Shown here: positions 24,301 through 37,092 of the stretch, piece after piece | Layout: each line of letters begins with the position of its first letter | Numbering within the stretch: position 1 is the first letter of the stretch | Origin: Coniocarpon cinnabarinum | Lineage: Eukaryota | Length of the DNA: 64,000 nt | Reading direction: 5' to 3' | Assembly (NCBI GenBank): GCA_051942205.1 | Contig: JAVECO010000011.1 | Location: 1-64,000 of the forward strand | Program-made: the position numbers and the translations under genes | Notes under the pieces: model-generated | The model's database searches: none | Seen by the model: the letters and a program-made list of their open reading frames with translations, nothing else | What the model was told of the DNA's origin: nothing

Positions 24301-27300
24301 GTTGTCACAGCTTCCTGAAGATCTGTTCTCGAGGACGCCAGGCTTGACCAAGCTTGTGTTGACCAAAAATCATTTCGCAGTGCTGAGCCCGCAGATTGGC
24401 AGACTGCAGAAACTGGATCATCTGAGCATTGCGAAGAATTCTTTGAGCACACTGCCGTCGGAGCTAGGGCACTTGCATGAGCTTCGGTTCCTGGATGTGC
24501 GAGAAAACAATATCAATGTCTTACCCCAGGAGATCTGGCTTTGTCGGCGGTTGGAAACGTTCAACCTGTCTTCTAATGTGCTCGACTCTTGGCCAAAGCC
24601 CCCGTCACAGCCAGCATTAAGCAGTCTGGACACGTCAACAGCAGCGAAAGCGTCACAAGCTAACACGCCGGGCTTGCAGAACTATAGTCCAGTGGATGAT
24701 GATGGCGACACCTTGAGCGAGCTCGCGTCTCAACGGAGGCCTAGTGCTGCTTCTAGTGGGTACATGAGCTCAACCAATAGCTCTCCGCCAGCCTCACATC
24801 GGAAGGGCTCGATGGTGTCGATCTATGGAGCACCACCTGGAGCACCACCTGGACGTAAGCCTTCAGCCTTGTCGCGCGCCCCAACATTAGACACGATGTC
24901 ACCAATCTCTCGTAAAGACTCCTTGATGATGAACAAGATGATATCGACAATCTGTGGCTCATTGAAGCATTTGCAGCTGGCCGATAATCGTATTGGCGAT
25001 GAAGTCTTCGATCAACTGACACAACTGTCCGAACTGCGAGCCTTGAATCTGTCCTACAATGAGATCTACGAGATACCTCCACGAACACTCAAGAGATGGC
25101 AACATCTTACAGAACTTTATCTCTCCGGCAACGATCTCACCTCTCTTCCGTCCGAGGATTTTGAAGACTCTGCGCAGCTTAAGGTGCTGCACATCAATTG
25201 CAACAAGTTTCAGGTCCTCCCTGCCGAGTTGGGCAAAGTCACGAAACTCCAAATCCTGGATGTGTCGTGCAATTCACTCAAATACAATGTCACCAACTGG
25301 CCTTACGACTGGAACTGGAACTGGAATCGTCAGCTTAAGTATCTCAACCTCTCAGCTAATAAGCGGTTGGAAATCCGGCCTGGTAACGCGTATGCAGCAG
25401 GGAGAGACAGTCAAAATCTTACAGACTTTAGTACTCTCAGTCAACTTCGTGTTCTCGGTCTCATGGATGTGACGCTCATGACACACTCTGTCCCTGAACA
25501 GACCGAAGACCGAAGAGTGCGTACTTCAGGTTCAAACGTCGGAAGCATGGCGTACGGCATCTCCGATACTCTGGGCCACAATGAGCATCTCTCAACCATT
25601 GACATTGTCGTTCCGCGACTCGAGGGGCACGATGACGAGACATTGATTGGTCTTTTTGACGGATCGCCATCGAATAAGACTGGATCCAAGATTGTCAAGT
25701 ATCTTCAGGAGAACTTCAAAAGCTACTTCACGGAGCATCTGAAGCGCAGAGGGGCGTCTGAAAACGCCGGCCATGCGTTCAGACGCACCTATCTTGAACT
25801 CAACAAGGAGCTTTCGACCTTGAGCACTCAAAGTCACGATCCCCGAGAGCGCAAGACGCATCGAGGGTCGGTTGTTAGTCAGACGCTCACCGAGGAAGAT
25901 TTAAAGTCAGGCGCAGTGGCGACCGTCCTGTATTTGCATGGGATGACACTGTGGGTCTCCAACGTGGGCAATGCAGAGGCAATCTTGATTCGTTCTGAAG
26001 GCGGATACCGAGTCCTGACGCAGAAGCACGACCCTGCTGAGACTTCTGAACGAAGTCGCATCAGGGATGCTGGAGGCTTTGTGTCAAGGCAGGGCAAGCT
26101 CAACGACGCAGTGGACGTGTCACGTGGATTTGGGTTTACACATCTAGTCCCAGCCATGGTGGCAGCACCGCACGTATCAGAGGTGACCATTTCAGACTCA
26201 GATGAGATGATCCTCTTAGCGTCACGAGAAATGTGGGATTACCTCTCACCCGACTTCGCGGTTGACCTGGCACGCTCAGAACGCAATGATCTCATGCGTG
26301 CCGCCCTGCGTCTACGAGACTTGGCCATTGCATTTGGTGCCAGTAGCAAAATGACTGTCATGTTGATTGGGGTTAGTGACCTCCGTCGACGTGAGAGAGC
26401 GCGGTACAGGACTCACAGCATGTCCATGGGTCCGTCCGGTCTGCCAGACGAGTACAGTATGAGCAATCGCCGCGCCAACCGCGGCCGCGACCGCACGCTT
26501 GACTCGAAGCTGGCTCGTCTCGACCAAGAAGTCGAGGCACCGGTTGGCGATGTCAGTCTAGTGTTTACCGATATCAAGAACTCCACACTGCTGTGGGAGA
26601 CGTACGAAGTCGCCATGCGCTCAGCCATCAAGATGCACAACGAGCTCATGCGTCGCCATTTACGACTCATCGGTGGCTACGAGGTCAAAACGGAAGGCGA
26701 CGCTTTCATGGTCGCCTTTCCCACTGTCACGTCTGCACTGCTCTGGGCCTTTACGATCCAGTCACAGCTGCTTGAAGTCCCATGGCCTCAAGAGATCCTC
26801 AACAGTGTCAACGGACAAGAAGTCGCCGACGCTGAGGGTAACGTCCTCTTCCGCGGCTTGTCCGTTCGCATGGGCATTCATTGGGGTCAGCCAGTCTGGG
26901 AAACAGACCCCATCACCCGCCGGATGGACTACTTCGGACCGATGGTCAATCGCGCCGCGCGTATCTCTGGCGTCGCAGACGGCGGCCAGATCACCGTCTC
27001 CTCCGACTTCATCGCCGAAGTCCAGCGCCTCCTCGAAACCCACATCGAGTCCGACCGCTCCAATTCCAACGCCTCCGAGGACACCGTCCCCATCGATGAC
27101 CCCAACTCCTACGCGATCAAGCGCGAACTCCGCTCTCTCTCGTCTCATGGCTTCGAGGTCAAAGATCTGGGCGAGCGCCGTCTCAAAGGTTTGGAAAACG
27201 CCGAGTACATTTACCTCATGTATCCGCACTCCCTTGCCGGTCGTCTCGCCGTACAACAACAACGCGACGCAGCCGCCGCGCAAGCTGCGAAGGAGGGCCA

Positions 27301-27697
27301 AAGCACTAAGACAGCAAAGGATAGCCAATTGACCATCGAGCTCGACAACGTCTGGGACTTGTGGTCTGTTTCTTTACGGCTAGAGATGTTGTGTTCCACG
27401 CTTGAATCGCCCGGTTCTGCAGAGCTCAAACCCCCTGAGACGGCGTTGCTTGAGCGGACGAAGGAAAGAAGCGGCGAGGTGACGGATCGCTTTTTGATGA
27501 ACTTTGTCGAGCATCAGATTTCGAGGATTGAGACGTGTATCAATACGCTTAGTCTACGGAATTTGGTCAGGCCGTTCAAAAACGGCATCATGGAGGGCGC
27601 ATGTCCCATGGCGGATGTGTTTGCAGAGTTGGCGGGGAGCTTGAAAGAATTGGAGACGCTGAGGAGTCAGGTCGATATTGAGATGGCGGCGGCGTGA
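21307..27697 (+). CDS. cyr1: Adenylate cyclase; join(21307..21434,21505..27697)
   Basis: Fungal AC architecture: DVTPW and WDAPDSWAVK segments, Ras-association region, long LRR array, PP2C-like domain, cyclase domain (VFTDIKNST, EVKTEGDAFM, DYFGPMVNRAAR). The first exon is inferred from an in-frame GTAGGC..TAG intron. Confidence 0.96.
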
Positions 27698-28872
27698 AGC
27701 GTGATGAGATGTTTGCGCTGTGACTCGCAGCAGACGAGCATCGACAGTCAGAGTATGGCGCGTGACGGAAGGTGAGCAGTAGGCATTGGATTGGGCAGTG
27801 GATTGGATCTGCTACGGTGACTTGACAGCGGTATGACACATCTGGCATGATCAGAGACTAAAAGAAGGAGGAGGATCACAAAGGCGTTTTTTGGCTGGGA
27901 GGGAATGAAAGTGACTCGCAAGACGAGATCACCACTGGACTGGATCGAATTGGATTGAATTGTGAATTGGGAAGTACCGAGTGGACCAAGATTAATGGTG
28001 GGCTTTTGATGAGCTTATGAGCATGACACGACTGAGTGTATTGGATATACGGTATGACTACAGGCTACCGACTACAGGGTTTGGGCATAGGCCGCTGCTT
28101 GTAGCCTTGAAATGCGGACGAGATTCTGTCGAAGTGCAATATTGCTTTATTGACTTGATTTGAGACTTTTGAATTGTGAATCGTGTTCCGGCTTGTGCTG
28201 GATTGCGCACGTGATTGGTGTTTCACGTCTGCTTGACGTCTGTTGGAGGGCGTGTGCTGTATACAGCAGGGTCATGAATTAACACGTGAGAAGCAACAAC
28301 CACGGCTATTGCGGCAGCAGTCGTGTCGAGTAACTTAGTCCGGCAGAACCACCGTAGATCTGCTAATTTATTGAAATCGAATACAGCAGCGGATGCCCCG
28401 TTACATTGGACCAGAAATCCTTTGCAGTTGTGCTATACAAAGCTATTTCTATCCATTAATTCCGACACCTATCCGCTGTACTGGGACGTAACATCCACGT
28501 AGCTGCACATTAGCGCCCACCTGACGACAAATATCTACACCTTTGCCCATGTCAGCTGGTATTCTTTTACTGTCTTCCTTCAGCGCCTCATCAGTGCACC
28601 TTTGCGAAGCTATGGCAGTCTTCTCGCCCTCGAATCGCACCCGTCGCTAGACATGTTCAATAAGCCATTCGTACTCTTGTCTCTTAGGAGACACTACTCT
28701 TGCGGAGCTCACTTCGTTCGTGACATTTTCCCTCCTCCGGCCTCTTTGGTCGCTCCTCCGCCTTGTCCTCCTTCTTCCCCCTCATCTTCCTCAAACATAT
28801 CTAGCCCTCGTTTCTCCATCGCCATTACTTCCACCACCCAGCTCTCATGATCATTCCTACCCACTACCAAAC

Positions 28873-30478
28873 TCACACTTCCATGGTCTTCAACCCCTCC
28901 GCCACCTGAAAGCCCGCCTCCGTCTTGCTCTTCACCTCCTCCACACTCACCCCCTCCGCGACCTCCACAAGCGTCAATCCCCGCCCAAAATCCACATCAA
29001 AAACCGCCAAATCGGTGATAATCCGACTCACGCACCGTCGTCCCGTGAGCGGGAACTCACACATCCGTTTAATCTTCGGTCGACCTTTCTTATCCACGTG
29101 TTCGGTGACGACCACCACGCGTGTTGACTCCGGATTACTCACTAAATCCATGGCACCGCCGAAGCCTTTGACCTTGCCGGGGAGCATCCAGTTCGCCAAA
29201 TCGCCATGTTCAGAGACTTGCATGGCGCCTAATATCGTGAGATCAATTCGGCCGGATCTTATCATGCCGAAGGACTCGTCGCTCCCGAAGGTGCTGGCGC
29301 CAGGCTGGAGCGTGATCGTTTCTTTCCCCGCATTAATCAGATCGGCGTCTTCCTGTCCGGCCGCCGGATACGGTCCCAGTCCCAGGATCCCGTTCTCCGA
29401 TTGGAGCGTCACGGAGACGGAGGGATCGACGAAGGAAGGCGCAAGCATGGGCATCCCGATGCCCAGATTGGCATACATCCCATTTTTGAACTCCTTCGCC
29501 GCGCGTTTGACAATGCGATCACGCTTCTGGCTCGCTTCGTCGCCTGCCGATTCCAAAGGCTTGGGATTCACCTTCTTCTCAATCTTCTTCTCTGCCTTCG
29601 ATTGAATCACGCGTTTCACGTAGATGCCGGGGACATGCACAGAGCCCGGCTCAATGACGCCCGGTTCAACGATTTCTTCGGCTTCGACAACCGTGACGGC
29701 CGCATTCCGCGCCATGGCGCCGTTGAAGTTCTGCGCCGCATAGCGGAAGCGCACGTTCCCCAGACGATCGGCCTGATGCGCTTTCACGAACGCAAAATCC
29801 GCTTTGATGGCGTGTTCCATGACGTAGCTCTTGCCCTCGAACACTTTGACGTCTTTCGCCGGCGCGAACGCCTCCACGTCCCCGGAGCCGTCGGCCGCAT
29901 GCAGCAGTGGCAGTTCACCCGTCTGCACGACTGTCCCGAAAGCCGCGGGCGTGTAAAAAGCCGGAATGCCTCTGCCACCGGCTGCGCATCGCTCCGCCAA
30001 AGTGCCCTGCGGCGTTAATTCCAACTCCACAAGCCCCTTCAGATATTGTTCCTCAAACAGCTTGTTATCCCCGATATAACTCGCGATCATCTTTTTGATC
30101 TGTCGTGATTGGAGCAGGAGGCCAAGGCCTGACGTCGCGATGCCGGCATTGTTGGAGGCGACGGTGAGGCCTTTGATGGAGGGGTTGGATTGCACGGCTG
30201 CGATCAATGTGTCAGGGACGCCGGAGAGGCCGAAGCCGCCGCAGAGGAGGGTGCTATTGGGTTGTAGGTCGGCGATGGCTTCAGAAGCACTTGGGACTAT
30301 TTTGTTGATTTGGCGGCGGGATGATGTAGTAGTGAAGGTGCGGATGGCGAGGAGCTGTAGAATTGGACGTGTGAGCTCCAAGACTGAAGAAGTCTGATAG
30401 GGAGGTGCATACTTTGAAGGCTACTCGGCTGCTCAAAGGCGCCGCGACGCGACTGGAGAACAACAGCGTAGGAGGCAT
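28873..30478 (-). CDS. Succinyl-CoA:3-oxoacid CoA-transferase (SCOT), probably mitochondrial; exons 30478-30413, 30354-28873
   Basis: GGFGLSGVP, PQGTLAER, YANLGIGMP, catalytic SENG and GGAMDLV; Arg/Ser-rich N-terminal presequence after splicing a GTATGC..CAG intron. Confidence 0.94.
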
Positions 30479-30887
30479 ATCGGGAGGTGTACGATACGAC
30501 CAGAGAGGAGTAGTGAGATGTTATTAGTAAGTCATCCAGGCTGTAGAGATGCTCGACACGCCGTGGAGCCAGCCACTGGCCTTGTTTGCGGTCTTGATTC
30601 CAAGCAAGAAAGAGAATTCATCATGAGAAGTCGTTGGTATTTGGCTTTGAGAGAGAAATGGAGCTGATGGAGCGAGGTTGGCGAGCTCGGGAGGGAGCTC
30701 GGCAGTCAGCGCACGTCACTTGCAATGCTTCGCTGCTTGAGCGCCTCCGACATACCTAGTCTCATAAACTTTTGACATTTCGCAATTCACTACACACATG
30801 TCTTGGCTATTGATACCTCTGCGTGACTCTTCAGAGCTACCTCGGTGATCTCCACAAGAATGATTGCGGCATCAAAGGATCCCCATA

Positions 30888-33687
30888 CTAGGAGCCTCCG
30901 CCTGAGCCATTCCTGCCATTGATAGAGCCCAAGCCTCCATTGCCTCCCCAAATGATCGAGTCCATCAATGCGTAGGGGCTGCTCTCATCTTCAAAGCCTG
31001 CAAGTGGTGTCGGCAGGAAGAATGCGCTATCGTCAACGTTGTCAAAGACTTGCCCAGGCGTGGTAGCAAACGCATTGGCGCTGGCACTTGGTGCGGCGGC
31101 CTGTGACAAAGAGGGCGATCCAAAGTCTGGCTTGATATCCGCTGTGCTTCTCGTCGCGCTGAGCTCAGCCATTCCTGGCATGGTGTATGGCATCTGTTGG
31201 CCGGCGTGCGGCTGGAGTATTCCCTGATTGTTGTTGGGCGGCATACCAGCAATTGCTTGGTTCTGCTGCGCATTCTCCTCCATGTTGCGCGGCGTGATGC
31301 TCTCCGGCGCGCTCAACTTGTTGAGTGCACTGACGCTGCGGGTAACAGGCCCGTCCATCTCCGCCTCGAATCCCACGCTGTTCTTCTGATCAGGTCCCGA
31401 GCCTGTCTTCATGATCTCAATGAGCCGACGAATGACGTCGTGAGCGCGCGAGTTGCGCAATGGCTCGCCTAGTATGCCGAGAAGTAATGCGGCAGACAGC
31501 GTACGATGCAGAACCGCCCACGCACGAGCATGCATGGGACTGGCATTAGCAAGACCGTTGAAAGCTTCCACTGTGCTGAGCAGATTTGCAATGCATAGGC
31601 GTCGTAAGGCGGTGCCTTTGTCGAAATCCGCGGTGCCGGGGGAAATGGCAGGTCGGCAAAGCTCAGCGGTCATGTATGAGGCATGCAGGTGCAGTACCCA
31701 GTATTCGACTTGGTCCCGGATGGTTCGACAATGGTTGGATGACTTGAGGTGATCTGCAGCAGCTTCACGCATGCGCGCGATATCATCTCTAAGATCCACG
31801 CATCGAGACAGGCGAGATTCGATTGATTGTGGTGCCGTCCGGTTGCGTACAGTCAATAGCCCAACTCTTGCAATTCGATACATGCATTCTCCGAATGACA
31901 AACCGCCGCGATCTGATATTAGATCTGGTGGTGGGTATTGTGTCTCTGGAGTCGCTGTGGAGGTGGCACGGTCGTACGATATGCATAGAAGGCTGTCCTG
32001 CCACAGCAGAGCCCACCAGACCTTTGCTAACATCAAGTCACAGGAGGACTTGTTGGCGTGCTCGGTGGCACTGTCCGCACCCAGTACGCGTGCCAATCGT
32101 AAAGTCATGCCGAGGAGAACCCAAGCTGCGCCGGCGTTCATCGTGTTTGATAGGACGTTGCCGAGGATCAATAGCGTTTGAACAACGTCTACTGAAGCGT
32201 TTGATAAATAGTTGACAAGTCGAAGACATTCGAAGGAGCAACATGCTGGCGTGAACATTAGCCTAGGTAATACTCAACCCACACAAAATAGCTTACCGTA
32301 GACTTGAGACGATAATTCTCTATCTCGTTTTGGTATTGGAGCGAATTGCGAGCCCGACGCAAAAACAGCAAAGAGGAGACCAATCCATCGAATGTGGACG
32401 CCATCCATAGAGTCATTCGTGACTTGGAGGTTCATTGTTTGATCGTTGGTCCGTCTGTTCGCTAGAAATGCCAACAACTCCGATTCAAAGCTTTCGATGT
32501 CGGCAATGGCTGGATAGAGAACATGCGCGCCCTCCTTGTACTGACGGAATGTCCTAATGGGTAACTTAGTTCAACATCTTTAGGGGCAGACGGATGTGTA
32601 TGTCATACTCTGTGCATTCTGCGTCACTTGGCAAAACCTTTCGCAGGTCTGCAACTCGGGTTGTGGCATCTTGAGTACCCCATAAGCTGACAAATGGGTA
32701 CGTGGCGCTCTCATTGTCAAGCCCAAGGACGGGCAGCATCGTCTTGTCACCGAAGGCAGACTGGACCTTCTTCGAGTAGTCGTTGCCCTTTGCAAGAGCA
32801 TCTGTTTAGTATGCTCAGTAAAACCATACAGTATGACCTCACGTCGGGAGAACATACTAATTAGAGCCGGTACAGACCCGCCTCCTAAGTGAACGTTGTG
32901 CCCTGTCAATTGACTGTGCTCGCTCATCTCCATCGCCTTGACATAGCTCGGACCGCTGGGTTTGTCTCGCTCGTGCATTGCCACACCAGACGGCGGTGGA
33001 ACTGGAGGCATGCTGTCTGGAGGGTATGGTGGAACGCCATTGATAGATCTCAGGTCATCCTTCAATTCAGCCAGAGCTCTTTCGACTCCATACAGCTTCG
33101 CACTGATTCGGTCCCAGTCATCCTTGCCGTGCAAGGCATCGCCATTAAGGATGCTGCGATCAGCGTGGGATGAGCCAGAGTCTCTCCTCTTGCTGGGAGG
33201 GTTGAAGGTGCACAACTCCGGATGTTGTCGCTCGACACATGTCTTGCATGGGACTTGGGAATCGCAGCGGACCTGGTCATTGGGTCAGCGGGTGCTGTCA
33301 AATGATTGCTGGGAATCCAGATGGATGGCACGGACCTTGCGTTTCCTGCACGGATAACAAGCTAGATGCTTGCATGTCAGTATGGAAGGATTGGCGCTGG
33401 ACGATGTTCGGCGTCCGGGGAAGAGTCGGTCCTACCCTACACCTCGTGTTAGTGACGCTGAACAACAATGCTCTCTTTTCGTTGCCTTTTCCGGATGTCT
33501 GATCCCGCAGTACACAACCAATCGCGGGGTGGCGGCGGCTTCTTACTTTATGCTCGCGAACCTATACACACGTCATTAGCCAACACGGCCGCGCATGCGT
33601 TCGCACTTGGAGTTAGCATACCTTTCTCTTTCTCTTCAGAATGTCGTTAACATCCTCCGGTGATGGCTGATTAGGCAGCTCTTCCAT
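30888..33687 (-). CDS. Zn(II)2Cys6 transcription factor with fungal TF middle domain; exons 33687-33622, 33561-33547, 33436 (1 nt), 33361-33336, 33272-32858, 32801-32609, 32553-32297, 32245-30888
   Basis: Splicing gives ILKRKRKVREHKACYPCRKRKVRCDSQVPCKTCVERQHPELC (six Cys); downstream WWALLWQDSLLCISYDR motif. Confidence 0.88.
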
Positions 33688-34232
33688 GGCGGTGAGTGTA
33701 GGTCCGTTCACCACCTCAGATATCAATAAGCAAAGAAGCACCTGCAGTCAATCGCATTTAACGACCGACCACCGAGCTTGTCGCCCACAGTGAGTGCCAC
33801 GGATAGAAAGTAGGACGGAAAACCCGATATGCAGCTCGTCAAACGATACAGGCCAAACGAACACCCAGTAGACACGCTTCGTGCGGGAGAAAAGCCTGCT
33901 AATGTGACGAGAACAAACATCACATTGTGCTCGTCTACGCGTACTCAATGTGCCACGATTCCCCGCTCATCGTGAAGTTACTCTTTTGGGCAAAACGTAT
34001 GCTTAAACGGCGTTTTCGGCTCTTACCGCTGCCGCCTCCGAAGATGAAGAACTCGGAAGCCGACTCTCATTAATCTTTTTCTCTTCACTCGTATCGCTTT
34101 GTTTTCCGCAGCCTCTGCCAGCTGTCCAGAGTGGTCACTTGCATTCACGATGAGTCTGGTGCAGGAAGTTGGGCATTCCCAAATTATAAATTTCCCTTGA
34201 GTCAAGGATGTGTCCCTAATACTATATTGCCA

Positions 34233-35219
34233 ATGTCTTCGAGACTTTGCACGAGGGCTACGGCCTGCAGGAGGCTACCGCTTTCCAGCATTCACTTGTC
34301 TGTTGCAAGACGATGGCAGGGCACTCGCACCCAAGACATTGCGTCGCAAGCTATGAAGGATCGTCGAGCAACCGGACCACCATCACCAACCTCCACCTCA
34401 CCATGGTTGCGAAACACCATTCAGCCACTCATGGCGCCCTTTCGTGCATACAACAGGATGTCAAAGGAGCGTCCTTACCTGACACAATTTTGCAGCGCCT
34501 TGGTAATCTTCTTTCTGGGTGACTTGGCGTCTCAATACATCCGCCAGCGAGGTGAAAATCCTGAAGCGCCTGGACGTGGTTTGGTAGACCATTACGACCC
34601 CATCCGCTCGTTACGATCAATGTGTATTGGAGGCATCAGCAGCATCCCGAGCTACCGCTGGTTCATCTATTTGTCCACTCATTTCAACGTGCCCGCATCT
34701 TGGCCTTTCAGTAGGGTACTTTCTTTGGTCTACAAGGTCGCCTTCAACCAAGTATTCTTTGCCCCAATTTTCAACTCTTATTTCTTTGGTATGCAATGCC
34801 TCTTGTCAGGGGAAGGTGGGCCTAAACAGCTTGACGACAACGCGTCTGCTCTAGACGTTCTGGCTGTTGGCGACCGACTGACTGCTGCTGGGAATCGCAT
34901 TGTCGATACTGTCCCTGTCAGCTGGGTCAATGGATTGTAAGTCTTCCTGCGTGGCTGTGACTTGGGTAATGCGCATTCGCTGTGTGACTCGTTGTCAAGG
35001 ACACCAGTGTCTCATGCCCGACACATGCTAACGTGGATCCTCTATAGTAAGTTTTGGCCATTTGTTTCAGCCATTCAATTCTCAGTTATTCCCCTCCGAC
35101 ATCGAAGCATCTTCGCGGGCTCTGCGGCAATCATCTGGCAGAGCTATCTTGGCATTTTGAATCAGCGAGCAATAGAACAGGAACGCCGCGAGGTGGCTCA
35201 TCAGGCTATGCACGTTTGA
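34233..35219 (+). CDS. Mpv17/PMP22 family membrane protein (Sym1-like); join(34233..34936,35048..35219)
   Basis: RPYLTQ..GDLASQ..YDPIRSLR..KVAFNQVFFAP..KFWPFVSAIQF..WQSYL; mitochondrial-type N-terminus. Confidence 0.88.
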
Positions 35220-35679
35220 GTTGAATTGCATGTGTATTTGAAGCATAGCGAAAGCTGGAGTTGGTTATCCATGGTTCGAATTTCGAAGTGCTGACAATGA
35301 ATGTCAAGATGACACGGTGTACTTGTGCTACTGAGTGAGGTCCATTTGGTGGGAACGAGGGTTGTCACCTATATGTCTCTTTCAGAATAGACTTATTCAC
35401 GCGTACGAGTGCGATTGTCCGCCGTAAGGTTTTTGTTGCACATTTTGCAAGCAAAGCTGGCGTTATAGCTTGCTACATTTACTAATGCTGCGGCTGTACC
35501 TTTGTACCGATGCCTGCTCACAGCTCAGGAGCTAGTTGCCTACAGCCTTGCGACTCAATTTCTCGCTACAAGCACTTTCAACGTCAACAACAAAGCGTGT
35601 CTAACTCAGAAAGCCACGAGCACCGTCACACCTCTCATGCCGTGGATTTTGGTTGCGTTGAAGATCCAAAGGCTATCGC

Positions 35680-36552
35680 ATGGGTAGCCACACTTACAAA
35701 GAGTTCGATATCAGGGGGCCGAACTCGGTAATTGGCGACCAGTATAACGGCGAATTTGCTGGTGCTGTCATTGTCGTCAACCAACACTATCATCTTTACC
35801 GCGATTCCACACGCGTTCGCCGGCCTCGAATACGAAATCCAATTATTCGGTCGCGCACCCCGCTTTACCGCCAGCCAGAGCCTGAATTAGTACTGACTCC
35901 CCAATGGATATCTGTGACTTATTCAAATCCATCATTGGACGTGCGCTGTGACCTTATGGCCAGGTACGTGCCCTGGGCTTTCAAGCGAATATCATATATC
36001 AAGCAGCTCAATGCGCACCCGCCTACCTTAAACAGAGCATGCAAGGTTCCTCAGGTCGTGTCAATTGCTGAGGCAGCGACTTGCTTCGCGCTCAGGGACT
36101 GGAAGTTAATACTTGACATTTGTTGTCATTGCTTCACAATTAGACTGATTCAGCTATCCACGTTGTCCCCACGCACAAAGAGGGCGTGGATTTCATCGTT
36201 GCCCCTACTCCGTTCTGAGTTCTGGATGGGAATACGCAACGCTGCCTCCGAAACGTTTTGTGAAGGATTCTGGATTCTCGATACATTAGAAAAAGCTAAT
36301 CAGAGCCGCGCGTTTTGTCCTCGTGACCTCGCATTTGCACGTGGGCTTGCGCGTGTCCTTTCTTGTTCCTTGAAAGAGCCATCTTGCGGAGCCCAAGATT
36401 TCGACCTACTCGATTACTTGGAGCAAGTTGCATTGCTCTTTGTCCGCGGTTGGGCAAGGGATCGCGAGTTTGAGAGCTCCATCGCAGAAGCCTCAGTTGT
36501 CGACTCAAGTTCACTGAATGGTGACTCTTCTGATGGAGGTGTCGAACTTTAA
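35680..36552 (+). CDS. Hypothetical (orphan) protein
   Basis: 290-aa ATG-initiated ORF in an otherwise gene-free gap; no family recognised. Confidence 0.5.
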   Translation: MGSHTYKEFDIRGPNSVIGDQYNGEFAGAVIVVNQHYHLYRDSTRVRRPRIRNPIIRSRTPLYRQPEPELVLTPQWISVTYSNPSLDVRCDLMARYVPWAFKRISYIKQLNAHPPTLNRACKVPQVVSIAEAATCFALRDWKLILDICCHCFTIRLIQLSTLSPRTKRAWISSLPLLRSEFWMGIRNAASETFCEGFWILDTLEKANQSRAFCPRDLAFARGLARVLSCSLKEPSCGAQDFDLLDYLEQVALLFVRGWARDREFESSIAEASVVDSSSLNGDSSDGGVEL

Positions 36553-37092
36553 CGAGTCAAACAATCCACATTTGATCCAATTACGCCCCAATCTACAACT
36601 ACACTTACACATGTAATGCATGCTGGCCAGGACAAGATAGCGAGTAGGCGTCAAGCACCATTCCTCGAACACCCTTGGCTTTCTTGTTCGACAATAGCGT
36701 TTTTTCACAATCTGGATCAAACATATTACAAGGAGCATTCATCATCTTGAACACTATGGGCATAGGGGGCTGATAACATCCAAGATTAAGTCGCAAAGAT
36801 CATAGCGTATACAAAAAGGCGTTCTGCTGATGCCTCAATCAGAAACACTCTACAGTCAAATTTTTGGAGTAAAAGCACACCTAGTATTCACTCAACAAAT
36901 CGAATGATCTAAAGGCTGAGAGAGGTTCCAAAAATTTCAAGGAAATGATACAATGCTTGCGCTGCAGCTTTTGCGCCGCGGTTCCTGGTACAATACCTCA
37001 GTTCTCTTTTCGAACAGTGGATTCTGCGGCAGATCCAAGCTGATACTTGGATCATTGGTCGAGCATACTGTTTTGGATGTTCAATCGACTAC

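Noticed and set aside
28925..30018. Long antisense ORFs over SCOT (and similarly over other genes)
   Set aside because: Shadow frames caused by the codon bias of the real gene on the opposite strand.
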